A DNA stretch of 64,000 bases from Streptococcus sp. A12 (GTDB lineage Bacteria; Bacillota; Bacilli; Lactobacillales; Streptococcaceae), in contig NZ_CAJPOU010000001.1 in the NCBI RefSeq assembly GCF_905372335.1, positions 1,665 to 65,664 on the forward strand, written 5' to 3'. The notes under the pieces were generated by a model. It made no database searches, was not told where the DNA came from, and saw nothing but the letters and a program-made list of their open reading frames with translations. Positions 33,915-43,867 of this stretch are shown one piece after another. Both the position numbers and the translations under genes were made by a program. Positions within the stretch are counted from its first letter, which is position 1, and every line of letters starts with the position of its first letter.

Positions 33915-35969
33915 ATGGAGATTCTTGTATACGCCATTGTCTTTTCATTGATCCTGATTGTCTCCAATGCGACCAATAAGTTGATTCCGACTTTACCCCT
34001 CCCTTTGATCCAGATATTATTGGGGATTGGGATTGGCTTTCTCTTACCCAATTCGGAGTACCACTTAGATACCGAGCTCTTTTTGGCCTTGGTTATTGGA
34101 CCATTACTCTTTCGAGAAGCAGAAGAAGCAGACATTACCTCGATTCTGAAGCACTGGCGCATTATCGCCTTTTTAATCTTCCCAGTTATTTTTATTTCGA
34201 CCCTTAGCTTGGGGTGGTTGGCCCATCTCTTGTGGCTAGGAATTCCACTAGCGGCCTGTATGGCAGTAGGAGCAGCGCTCGGGCCGACTGATTTGGTGGC
34301 TTTTGCCTCCCTTTCGGAACGCTTTACCTTTCCAAAACGAATCTCCAACATTCTAAAAGGAGAGGGCTTGCTCAATGATGCTTCAGGTTTGGTGGCCTTT
34401 CGTGTGGCTCTAGCTGCTTGGACCACTGGAGTATTTTCCTTGGGCCAAGCTAGTTGGGACTTGGTCATCTCTATTTTAGGAGGGTTTGCGGTCGGGATTG
34501 TGACAGCTGCTGTCAACCGTGGGCTTCAAAAATTACTGCTCAGTGTTCGGGCAACGGATATTGCCAGTGAACTCATTTTAGAATTGAGTCTCCCCTTACT
34601 GACCTTCTTTATCGCAGAAGAGATCCATGTATCAGGGATTATTGCGGTTGTCGTGGCTGGGATCCTAAAGGCTAGTCGGTTTAAGAAAATTACCCTACTA
34701 GAAGCCAAGGTGGATACGGTCACGCATACGGTATGGAATACAGTCAATTTTGTCCTCAATGGGTCTGTCTTTGTCCTCTTGGGGATGGAGCTGGAGATGA
34801 TTTCTGAGCCAATTTTGAGGACTCCCTTTTACAACAATCTGCTCTTGATTGTGACTGTTCTCTTATTGACGGGGCTCTTGTTCCTGATTCGCTTTTTGAT
34901 GGTGTATGGATTTTACTGGTATCGGGGTTTCCGATTGAAAAAATCCATTGATAAGTATCTGAAAGATGCCCTCTTGTTGACCTTTTCAGGGGTCAAAGGA
35001 ACAGTGTCCATCGCAACCATTCTCTTGATACCGACGCATCTAGAAGCAGAATATCCAGTTCTCTTGTTTTTAGTAGCAGGGGTCACCTTGTGTAGTTTCT
35101 TAATCGGACTTCTCGTCCTCCCAAAACTATCCGAGGGCAAAGAGGAATCCAATGATCATTTGATGCATATTGCTATCTTGAATGATGTCGTCATGCTATT
35201 GGAGAAAGAGTTGACGGTGACCAAACAGAAGGGTCCTTTATACGCGGCGATTGATAATTATCATGGACGGATAGAAAATATGATTCTCAATCAGGAGGAT
35301 AAAGCGACTCAAAGAGACTGGGAACAACTAAAACTCCTTATTCTTAGTATTGAAAACGATGGCTTGGAACAGGCTTATGAAGAAGGAAAGATTCGAGATA
35401 GAAGTTACCATGTCTACCAACGTTATCTTCGATCCATGGAGCAGAAGGTCAACCGCAATCTGTCATCGCGCCTGACCTATTATTTCTTGGTACTCTTCCG
35501 CTTGCTCCGACTGCTGTTGCACGAGCTTGTGACCTTTGGATCCGGTATTCGGGCATGGAAAAACGGAGAGAATTACAAGCTCGAAGCCATCGACTATGAC
35601 CAGATTGCTGCCTTGTATCTGGCCAATACGGAAATCATTATCGAGAGTTTGGAAAACCTAAAAGGGATTTATCGGAGTACCTTGATTTCCTTCCTTCAAG
35701 AATCTCGTCTGCGGGAAACATCGTTGATTACCAGTGGTGCTTTTGTAGAGCGGGTTATCAATCGCATCAAGCCCAATAATATTGACGAGATGCTAAGAGG
35801 CTATTACTTAGAAAGAAAATTGATTTTCGAATATGAGGAGCAGCACTTAATTTCGGCCAAGTATGCGCGTCGCATGCGCCAAAATGTCAACGAATTGGAA
35901 AACTATTCCTTAAGAGAAAGTGCCAATACTCTTCCTTATGACATGATCAATTATGCTCGGAATCGGTAA
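33915..35969 (+). CDS. CPA1 family Na+/H+ antiporter
   Basis: PTD and GEGLLNDA motifs, many TMs, soluble C-terminus. Confidence 0.92.
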   Translation: MEILVYAIVFSLILIVSNATNKLIPTLPLPLIQILLGIGIGFLLPNSEYHLDTELFLALVIGPLLFREAEEADITSILKHWRIIAFLIFPVIFISTLSLGWLAHLLWLGIPLAACMAVGAALGPTDLVAFASLSERFTFPKRISNILKGEGLLNDASGLVAFRVALAAWTTGVFSLGQASWDLVISILGGFAVGIVTAAVNRGLQKLLLSVRATDIASELILELSLPLLTFFIAEEIHVSGIIAVVVAGILKASRFKKITLLEAKVDTVTHTVWNTVNFVLNGSVFVLLGMELEMISEPILRTPFYNNLLLIVTVLLLTGLLFLIRFLMVYGFYWYRGFRLKKSIDKYLKDALLLTFSGVKGTVSIATILLIPTHLEAEYPVLLFLVAGVTLCSFLIGLLVLPKLSEGKEESNDHLMHIAILNDVVMLLEKELTVTKQKGPLYAAIDNYHGRIENMILNQEDKATQRDWEQLKLLILSIENDGLEQAYEEGKIRDRSYHVYQRYLRSMEQKVNRNLSSRLTYYFLVLFRLLRLLLHELVTFGSGIRAWKNGENYKLEAIDYDQIAALYLANTEIIIESLENLKGIYRSTLISFLQESRLRETSLITSGAFVERVINRIKPNNIDEMLRGYYLERKLIFEYEEQHLISAKYARRMRQNVNELENYSLRESANTLPYDMINYARNR

Positions 35970-36051
35970 AAGTGAGTTTCCGCTTTAATAGAAGAAAAGA
36001 GATTGGTGACGCTTGACCCAATCTCTTTGTTTTGTATCTTAGTAAGTCTTT

Positions 36052-36840
36052 TTACTGCTCTGGCTGGATATAATAGCGTTCTTCCCCGATTGGAATCAGC
36101 TGGACCTTTCCCCCGTAAAAAGCTGATAGCGTTTCTTGGGTGAGAATTTCCTCCTTAGGTCCTTGGGCAAAACTTTGTCCCTCCTTGAGGAGAAGGACAT
36201 GGCTAAAGGACTTGGTGATTTCCTCTGCATGGTGGGTGACAAAGAGAATGGTCGGCGCCTTTTCCATCTGCTTTATCTGTTGGATTAGCTGAAAGATCGC
36301 TTCCCGAGCAAATAAGTCAAGCCCACTAGAGGCTTCGTCAAAGATGAGAAGATTGGGCTCTTCCATGAGACTACGGGCGATAAGAATCGTCTGTTTTTCC
36401 CCTTGAGAGAGAGTCCGGTATTTTCGCCCAATCAAAGAAGCAGCACCGATGCGACGCAGCATGGATCGTGCTTCCTCAAGTTCTTTATCTCCATAAGCTG
36501 TATAGAGAATGCTACTCTTGTATTTCCCTGTGAGGACGATTTCTTCTGGGGATAGAGATTCAGGGATGCGCTCAGAAATAAAGGAGCTGACCACTCCGAT
36601 TCGCTTGCGGAGCTCCGGAATGCCTCCTTGTCCAAATTGTGTTCCAAGGACAGAAACCTCCCCTTCCGTTTTCCAATATTCCGCCATTAGGAGACGGAGT
36701 AGGGTCGATTTGCCAGCACCATTCAGTCCAAGGATGGCCCAGGTTTCCTCCTTATTGACGGTCCAATTCAAACGGGAAAGGAGATTTTTTCCTTCTTTTC
36801 TGAGAGTGACGTCTTTCAGTTCAATTAAGCTTTCTTTCAT
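36052..36840 (-). CDS. ABC transporter ATP-binding protein (YlmA/ModF-like)
   Basis: GLNGAGKST, LSQGE, VTHH; start may be 36855. Confidence 0.88.
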   Translation of the reverse strand: MKESLIELKDVTLRKEGKNLLSRLNWTVNKEETWAILGLNGAGKSTLLRLLMAEYWKTEGEVSVLGTQFGQGGIPELRKRIGVVSSFISERIPESLSPEEIVLTGKYKSSILYTAYGDKELEEARSMLRRIGAASLIGRKYRTLSQGEKQTILIARSLMEEPNLLIFDEASSGLDLFAREAIFQLIQQIKQMEKAPTILFVTHHAEEITKSFSHVLLLKEGQSFAQGPKEEILTQETLSAFYGGKVQLIPIGEERYYIQPEQ

Positions 36841-36911
36841 CTTTTTAACCTTCATAAAAATATTCTCTATTTTACCATAAATATGATAAAATAGCAGATA
36901 GGAGGAAAGGG

Positions 36912-38039
36912 ATGTTTCATAAAAGTAAATTATTTTTCTGGACCTGTGAAGTCCTATTATTAACGATTATATTCTATATTTGGGGAAGTATGGGAAGCCT
37001 GATCTCTCCCTTTGTATCCGTTCTGAATACCATTATTCTTCCATTTTTGATTGCTGGTTTCTTGTACTATATCACCAATCCAATCGTAGAATTTTTGGAA
37101 AAGAAATTTCATCTGAATCGAATTTGGGGCATTTTATTAACTCTGGTAACCCTTTTTGGATTGATTATTTATGGGATTGTTTATATCCTGCCTATTTTGA
37201 TCAACCAGTTGACAAGCTTGATTAATTCAACCCAAGGTTTGTATTGGGAAGTGCAAAGTTTTGTGACGAAGTTATCGAAAAATCCGGCCTTTCAGAGTAT
37301 CAATATCCAATCAACTATTCAGCAGTTAAACCTGTCTTATGTGGATATTCTTCAAAATATCTTAAACAGTGTGACCAATAGTTTAGGTAGTGTGGTGTCA
37401 ACGATTGTCAATACACTCTTCATTTTGGTGATGACACCGATATTCTTGGTATACTTCTTGATTGATGGGAAAAAACTGTTACCGATGTTAGAGCGGACTA
37501 TCCTGAAAAATGATCGGCGGAATATTACCTCTCTCTTAGTGAGTCTCAACCAAACAGTTTCTCGCTATATTAGTGGGATTTCTATCGATGCTTTAATCAT
37601 CGGGACTTTAGCCTTTATTGGCTACAGTTTTATCGGTTTGAAGTATGCCTTGGTCTTTGCCATTTTCTCAGCCTTGGCCAACCTCATTCCCTATATTGGA
37701 CCGACGATTGGCTTGATTCCTATGGTGGTTACCTATGCCTTCACGGATTTCAATATGATGATCAAAGCGGTTATCTTCATGCTCATCGTCCAACAGATTG
37801 ACGGAAATATCCTCTACCCTCGGATTGTGGGAGGGGTGATGAAGGTGCATCCCATTACCATCATGGTCCTCTTGCTCTTATCAAGTAACATCTATGGTGT
37901 GATTGGGATGGTTGTGGCCATTCCAGTTTATTCGATCGGTAAAGAGATCGTGAAATTCCTCGCGGCCTTGTATGAGAATCATAAAAAGACAAAGGAACAG
38001 CGCAAGCAAGAAGAGTTTGGAATCATTAATAAATCCTAA
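36912..38039 (+). CDS. AI-2E/PerM family transporter
   Basis: NLIPYIGP, QQIDGNILYPRI, VHP. Confidence 0.92.
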   Translation: MFHKSKLFFWTCEVLLLTIIFYIWGSMGSLISPFVSVLNTIILPFLIAGFLYYITNPIVEFLEKKFHLNRIWGILLTLVTLFGLIIYGIVYILPILINQLTSLINSTQGLYWEVQSFVTKLSKNPAFQSINIQSTIQQLNLSYVDILQNILNSVTNSLGSVVSTIVNTLFILVMTPIFLVYFLIDGKKLLPMLERTILKNDRRNITSLLVSLNQTVSRYISGISIDALIIGTLAFIGYSFIGLKYALVFAIFSALANLIPYIGPTIGLIPMVVTYAFTDFNMMIKAVIFMLIVQQIDGNILYPRIVGGVMKVHPITIMVLLLLSSNIYGVIGMVVAIPVYSIGKEIVKFLAALYENHKKTKEQRKQEEFGIINKS

Positions 38040-38194
38040 CAGAATAAACGAGAAGGGAATGGGTGACCATTCCTTTTTGAGTATAGACTTAGAAAGGATA
38101 GGCTAAGGACTTGAATCGTAAACTTTTACCTTTCCTTTAAGACAATATGTTATAATGAATTAGTAATGATACAAGATCAAGGAGTTTCTATAAG

Positions 38195-39673
38195 ATGATA
38201 GAATTGCTTGCCAAGAAGCAGCGACGCCAAATGCGTTTGCTAGAAACATTAATTCGTGAAAAGCGCTGGTTTCATTTGAAGGAACTCGCTGAAATGTTAG
38301 ATTGTACAGAGCGGTCATTAAAGGAGGATCTTTCAAATTTACGGACGGTCTTTAATGAATTTTTGATTGAATCCTCGACAAATGGTATTAAAATTAGCTA
38401 TGACGATTCAATTGGGATTGAGGTGGTGTACCATCACTTCTTTAAAGAATCTACAACTTTCTCCCTCTTGGAATACTTGTTCTTCCATAAGGATGTTTCC
38501 AGTGACTTAATTTGTAGACGGTATGATCTCAGCCAGTAATCATTTTATCGCTTGATTCGAAATATCAACCAAATTATTCAGGAAAAGTACAATATTCGAA
38601 TCACCTTGAATCCTCTAAATATTGTGGGGGACGAAGTCGATATTCGCTTTTTCTATTCCCAGTATTTTGCAGAGCGGTATTATTATTTAGAGTGGCCATT
38701 TCCAGATATCAGAGAGCAAGTCATCATTGATTTCTTCACCTTCTTCAAATTGACAGAAATCCCACTGACTTATTCGATTTTCCATTCCTATAAAATTATG
38801 CTGACGGTCTACCTATACCGGATTAAGCAAGGTTATCGAATTGAAGGGGCCAATAATTTTGAACAATACGCCTATCTCTATCAGGAACTACCAAAAATCA
38901 ATGAGATGCTTCGTTATTTTGGCTTGCAGTTGGGTGTGGAATTTAACGAAGAAACCATAGAACAACTCTTTATTATCTTCTTACAGAAACGCTTCTATTT
39001 TACTCCACAGGGTCTGATTGACGCTACAGAGGAAGACGCTGTTACAAAAAAATCCTATATTTTAGCCTCTCAATTTCTTGATCACCTGAGTGAATCTTAT
39101 GGTTTAGAACTTGAGAATTATGAAGAGATGATCATACATATTCACAACACTGCCTATTTGGAGCGGCGTGAAATCTTTGGTGAATTTCTTCTCTATGATA
39201 CTAAGAGCTATACCAATGAGGATTATCGAACCCTCTTCCCTAAATTTTATCTGGATGTTGAAACTGGTTTGTATCACTATCTCAAAGAGATGGGCTTTCA
39301 TGAAAATCCTGAAAACCTCAAGCATCAGATTTATACCGTATTTTCACATTGGGAAAATCTATTGCCTCAACTATTAAGGAGACGGACAGCTGTCAAGGTC
39401 TTAATCATTAGCCGATACGATGACCACGATGCTAAGTCCATGATTGATTTCTTATAATTTTATTGTACGGATAACTCTGAGTTTTCACAGGTCATCAAGC
39501 ATGACTTTAAACTTCATGAATTAGAGCACACTGAGTATGATGTCATTGTTGCCAACTTTATGATTCCGGATATAAAAGGGAAAAAATTTATTTGTACAAG
39601 TAGTTTGACCCTTTTGGAATTTGTAGAAAAACTGAATGTACTCTTTTATGATTTTACACGTTATGGAGTATAA
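38195..39673 (+). pseudogene. Mga/AtxA-family transcriptional regulator interrupted by two in-frame TAA codons
   Basis: One frame of 493 codons; stops at 38537-38539 and 39455-39457; HTH N-terminus, GDEVDIRFFYSQYF, C-terminal YDVIVANF. Confidence 0.85.
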
Positions 39674-39776
39674 CTGGCCTTCCCTCCTCTTTTAGAAGGG
39701 AAATTTTTGCGACTATGCACCATTTTAAAAAATATGATATAATGGGCATTATTACTATACATTGAGGAGAATATCC

Positions 39777-41126
39777 ATGGAAGACCCTGGCAGTCAGGAT
39801 TTAATACTGCAATTTGTTTTACTATTTGTATTGACCTTATTAAATGCATTTTTCTCTGCAACGGAGATGTCGATGGTATCGCTGAACCGTTCTCGAGTAG
39901 AGCAAAAGGCTGAGGAAGGTGATAAGAAATATATTCGTCTCTTAAAGGTATTGGAAAATCCCAACCACTTTTTATCTACGATTCAGGTTGGTATTACCTT
40001 GATTACCATCTTGTCTGGGGCAAGCCTAGCAGATAATCTTGGGAAAGTAATCGCTTCTTGTATGGGAAATACGGAGACAGCACGTGCGATAGCTAGCTTC
40101 CTCTCACTGGCTTTTTTGACCTATATTTCGATTGTATTTGGTGAGTTATATCCGAAGCGTATTGCCATGAATCTGAAAGATAGCTTGGCTATTCGAACGG
40201 CTCCAATTGTTATTTTACTAGGAAAAATCGTTAGCCCCTTTGTCTGGCTCTTATCGGCATCAACCAATCTGGTCAGTCGTCTGACCCCTATGCAATTCGA
40301 TGATGCAGACGAAGAGATGTCACGGGATGAGATTGCCTATATGCTGGCTAAGAGTGAAACGAGTCTGGATGCTGACGAGATTGAAATGTTGCAAGGAGTC
40401 TTTTCACTAGATGAGCTGATGGCGCGTGAGCTAATGGTTCCTCGTACGGATGCCTTTATGGTGGATATCCAAGATGATACCAGAGAAATCATCGAAAGTA
40501 TCTTAAAACAGAATTTTTCTCGTATTCCTGTCTATGATGATGACAAGGACAATGTCATTGGTCTGATCCATACCAAACGTTTGCTTAATGAAGGTTTTGT
40601 GAATGGATTTGATAACATCGCTCTTCGCAAGATTCTTCAGGAACCGCTCTTTGTACCGGAAACGATCTTTGTTGATGATCTTTTAAAGGAACTCCGGAAT
40701 ACACAAAATCAGATGGCCATTTTGCTCGATGAGTATGGAGGAATGGCTGGTCTGGTAACCTTGGAAGACCTTCTTGAGGAAATTGTCGGGGAAATCGATG
40801 ATGAGACTGATAAGGCTGAAAATGACGTATTTGAAATTGAGCCTAACCTCTATATTGTGCAGGGGATTGTGACCTTAAATGACTTTAATGAGTATTTTGA
40901 TGTGAAGCTGGAAAGTGATGATGTGGATACCATTGCAGGCTACTACCTAACTGGGGTTGGTCGCATTCCAGGTCACAAGGAACGCTTGAGTTTTGAAGTA
41001 GACAGCATGAAGAAACACTTGATCCTTACAAACGATAAGGTGAAAAATGGTCGTGTTACCAAGGTGAAGGTTGAGGTCAGTGATCTAGTCGATGAAGACG
41101 AGCAAACGACAAAAGTTCAAGAATAA
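39777..41126 (+). CDS. Hemolysin family CNNM/CBS/CorC protein (probable Mg2+ efflux)
   Basis: NAFFSATE, GELYPK, FSRIPVY, DEYGG, EDLLEEIVGEI. Confidence 0.92.
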   Translation: MEDPGSQDLILQFVLLFVLTLLNAFFSATEMSMVSLNRSRVEQKAEEGDKKYIRLLKVLENPNHFLSTIQVGITLITILSGASLADNLGKVIASCMGNTETARAIASFLSLAFLTYISIVFGELYPKRIAMNLKDSLAIRTAPIVILLGKIVSPFVWLLSASTNLVSRLTPMQFDDADEEMSRDEIAYMLAKSETSLDADEIEMLQGVFSLDELMARELMVPRTDAFMVDIQDDTREIIESILKQNFSRIPVYDDDKDNVIGLIHTKRLLNEGFVNGFDNIALRKILQEPLFVPETIFVDDLLKELRNTQNQMAILLDEYGGMAGLVTLEDLLEEIVGEIDDETDKAENDVFEIEPNLYIVQGIVTLNDFNEYFDVKLESDDVDTIAGYYLTGVGRIPGHKERLSFEVDSMKKHLILTNDKVKNGRVTKVKVEVSDLVDEDEQTTKVQE

Positions 41127-41239
41127 AGAACATCAAATCAGGGAGTTTCCCTGATTTTTTTATATTCATTTTAGTTGAGTTTGCATCTCTAACCAAATTA
41201 ATTTATAATAAAATAATTAGTGGTTATAAGGAGATAGCA

Positions 41240-42457
41240 ATGAAACAAGAAGAATGGTTAGCAGAGTTTGAGAGAGCCCACGGTCGACCAGCCAATCAAG
41301 AGGAGATCCAACAGGTTTTTGGTACGTTTGGAAGTCATGAAACACAAGCGACACCGAATACGCCCGTAAACCCAATTCAATCTCCATTTGAGGGTGCAGC
41401 ACCTGTTTCCAGTCAAGGACAATTTGGAGGTCCCTTACCGTTTCCAGAACAAGCCAAATTTGGAGGAGCAGCGCCAGCCCCAGAGCAAACACCATTTGGA
41501 GATTCGATACCAGCATCAGAGCAAACACAATTTGGAGGAGCAGCGCCAACTCCAGAGCAAACGCCATTTGGAGGTGCAACACCAGCCCCAGAACAAACAC
41601 AGTTTGGAGGTACAGGCCAAGCCCCATTTGGAGGTGCAAGTCCAACTCCAAATCAATTCCAAGGTGGAACAAGTCCTTATCAGCATCAAGGACAGGCTTT
41701 TGGACAAGGTGGAACTCAGCCACAAGCTCCTGTTCAGGAGGCGGCTCAAGCAGGAGCGCCCTTCGCATCTTATAACAACGCTCAGATGCAGGGAGGCTAT
41801 AAAAACAATGGGCAACTGAATTACCAGACTAATTCCCCATATATGGGACAAGCTCCAATGCCAGGTAAGAAGTCTAAAAAAGGGCTGATTATTGGTTTAT
41901 GTAGTCTTGTTGCTGTTGCAGTTTTATCTGTACTTGCATTTTTCTTATTTGCTAAAAATCCAAATAGTATTCAAGGAAAATGGTCAGCTACTCCTGAAAT
42001 GAAAAAGACAATGAAGTCTGCTTTTTCTGGCACCTTCTCGGCTACATCAGATATTTCAAGTGAATTTATAAAAGACATTGATATGATCGTAGAGGTAAAG
42101 GGGAAAAAAGTGACCATCAGTGTGGTTGGTAAGATTGATTTCAAGGGAGCTGCAAAGGAACTCTATGATGATGGAGACAATGATTTTTACTCTGTTGAGG
42201 ATGCCTTAGACTATATCCAGGAAAAAAGTGAGAGTTCTTATTTAGAGGATATGGGCCTTGAAATCGATGTGAAGAAAGGTACCCTTAAAATGGTAGCCTT
42301 TGAAGGTGAGCTTGATGAAAAAGGTCACCGATTCATTCAGTATGAAGATTCGAGTTATATCCTTCAATACGACCTCAAGTATAAAATTAAAAATGGAACC
42401 CTGAAAGTTTCCGTGGATGAAGATGACTATGGAATAGAATACTCCTTTAAAAAATAA
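41240..42457 (+). CDS. Single-pass membrane protein with Q/P/G-rich FGG-repeat region
   Basis: SD aaggag; repeat region, KKSKK then TM, then C-terminal globular domain. Confidence 0.8.
   Translation: MKQEEWLAEFERAHGRPANQEEIQQVFGTFGSHETQATPNTPVNPIQSPFEGAAPVSSQGQFGGPLPFPEQAKFGGAAPAPEQTPFGDSIPASEQTQFGGAAPTPEQTPFGGATPAPEQTQFGGTGQAPFGGASPTPNQFQGGTSPYQHQGQAFGQGGTQPQAPVQEAAQAGAPFASYNNAQMQGGYKNNGQLNYQTNSPYMGQAPMPGKKSKKGLIIGLCSLVAVAVLSVLAFFLFAKNPNSIQGKWSATPEMKKTMKSAFSGTFSATSDISSEFIKDIDMIVEVKGKKVTISVVGKIDFKGAAKELYDDGDNDFYSVEDALDYIQEKSESSYLEDMGLEIDVKKGTLKMVAFEGELDEKGHRFIQYEDSSYILQYDLKYKIKNGTLKVSVDEDDYGIEYSFKK
41381..41667 (+). repeat. About 8 degenerate 36-bp in-frame tandem repeats (EQTPFGGAAPAP)
   Basis: Recurring ccagagcaaaca..tttggagg units. 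Confidence 0.85.
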
Positions 42458-42549
42458 GATATTCGCTCATTTAGTGCCCTAATCGGGCACTTTTTTTGTT
42501 GATATACGTAGAAAAAAATAAGATAATTAGAAAAATTCTGAATTTAGGG

Positions 42550-42578
42550 TTGACAGCCTGAAAAATTTTCGGTAAGAT
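42550..42578 (+). promoter_or_regulatory. Sigma-A promoter of the ABC transporter leader
   Basis: TTGACA-17-TAAGAT. Confidence 0.75.
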
Positions 42579-42609
42579 AGTCAACATAAAAAAACGAAAG
42601 CAGAATCTT

Positions 42610-42669
42610 ATGAAAAACACGAACTCCACATTGTTGAATCAAAACTTTTACTTTAGCTACTTTAGATAA
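42610..42669 (+). CDS. Putative Phe/Tyr-rich attenuator leader peptide MKNTNSTLLNQNFYFSYFR
   Basis: SD-like gaaagcag; 5 of the last 7 codons are Phe/Tyr; lies before an intrinsic terminator. Confidence 0.7.
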   Translation: MKNTNSTLLNQNFYFSYFR

Positions 42670-42816
42670 TGTTTGTAGACATGAACTCATGGATGCAAAC
42701 GAAACGAGCAATTTGTTTGTATCTATGTGGCTAAGATTTTTGATTGTGGTCCATATAGATGATATCTAAATGGACGGCAATGCTGGCATACTTTTAAGTT
42801 TGTGAGGAATAATACC

Positions 42817-42846
42817 AACCGTTTAGAATCATCTAAACGGTTTTTT
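42817..42846 (+). terminator. Attenuator terminator
   Basis: aaccgtttaga-atca-tctaaacggtt followed by U-tract, just before the SBP gene. Confidence 0.85.
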
Positions 42847-42885
42847 GTATTCTGTTTGAATGTTTTAGAGAAGGAGACATGTTTC

Positions 42886-43860
42886 ATGAAAATTGTAAAG
42901 AAGTTAATTGCCCCGGTCCTGGTAGTTGGTCTACTAATGACCTCCCTCTTGACCCTCCACCACTTGAAGACCTCTAAGCATCAAAAGATCAAGATTGGGA
43001 TTTCCCAGTATATTACCCATAAGTCTCTAGATGCGACTCGAAAAGGCTTTGTCGAAGAGTTAGCCAAACAAGGTTATGTGGATGGAGAAGAGATTGAAAT
43101 TGATTATCAAAATGCCCAAGGGGAGCAGCGAAATTTGAAAAATATTTCAAATCAATTGTCACAGGAAAGTGATCTGGTATTTGCCATTGCGACTCCGTCA
43201 GCACAAAGTATCGCCAATACAAGCAAAACGACTCCTGTAGTATTTTCTGCAGTGACGGATCCTCTGGCTGCCAAGCTGGTCAAGAACTTGGATCAACCTG
43301 GTGGCAATGTGACAGGAACGAGCGACCAATCTTCAGATGCCATTGCTACGCAAGTCGATCTGATTCAAAAGGTTTTGCCAACAGCTAAGACAATCGGGAT
43401 CCTCTATACGCAAAGTGAACCCAACTCAGTCGTTCAAAAAGAGGAAGCTAAGAAGGTCCTTGAGGCCAAAGGCTACCGTGTCGTCGAGAAGACTATCTTA
43501 GACAGTAATAATGTGAAAGCGGCAGCGGACAGTTTGATGTCAGAAGTCGATATGGTCTTTATTCCAACAGACAACATCATTTCTTCCACTATGGAAACCA
43601 TTAAGCAAGTGTCTTTGAAACATCAGGTTCCAGTTATTGGAGGCTCGATTGAAATGGCCCAAGTAGGCGGGCTCTATACCTATGGGACAGACTACACCGA
43701 GTTAGGGCGTCAATCTGCCCGGATGGCGATTCGTATCCTGAAAGGGGAAAAGGCAGCCGAACTGGCAGTGGAGGCGCCTAAGAATCTAGAATTGTATGTC
43801 AACAAAGAGATGGCTAAGAAATTAGGAATTGATCTCTCTGGTATGAACGAAAAGAAATAG
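42886..43860 (+). CDS. ABC transporter substrate-binding protein (TrpX-like, aromatic amino acid)
   Basis: HKSLDATRKGF, NAQGEQ, IATPSAQ, AVTDP, NVTGTSD, PTDN. Confidence 0.88.
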   Translation: MKIVKKLIAPVLVVGLLMTSLLTLHHLKTSKHQKIKIGISQYITHKSLDATRKGFVEELAKQGYVDGEEIEIDYQNAQGEQRNLKNISNQLSQESDLVFAIATPSAQSIANTSKTTPVVFSAVTDPLAAKLVKNLDQPGGNVTGTSDQSSDAIATQVDLIQKVLPTAKTIGILYTQSEPNSVVQKEEAKKVLEAKGYRVVEKTILDSNNVKAAADSLMSEVDMVFIPTDNIISSTMETIKQVSLKHQVPVIGGSIEMAQVGGLYTYGTDYTELGRQSARMAIRILKGEKAAELAVEAPKNLELYVNKEMAKKLGIDLSGMNEKK

Positions 43861-43867
43861 GAGATGG

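Noticed and set aside
33848..34516. 222-aa minus-strand ORF and similar antisense ORFs within der, trkH, murE and the fucosidase
   Set aside because: Fully opposite well-supported genes, with no motifs; typical shadow frames.
41381..41667. 36-bp periodic repeats as a CRISPR array
   Set aside because: Degenerate, contiguous, in-frame coding repeats with no spacers and no cas genes nearby.
42520..42580. CodY box at the ABC transporter promoter
   Set aside because: Best match aattttcggtaagat has four mismatches to AATTTTCWGAAAATT in AT-rich DNA; not strong enough to call.
42580..42850. T-box riboswitch upstream of the TrpXYZ-type transporter
   Set aside because: No GGTGGNACC T-box sequence or recognisable stem I motifs; the leader-peptide model fits better.
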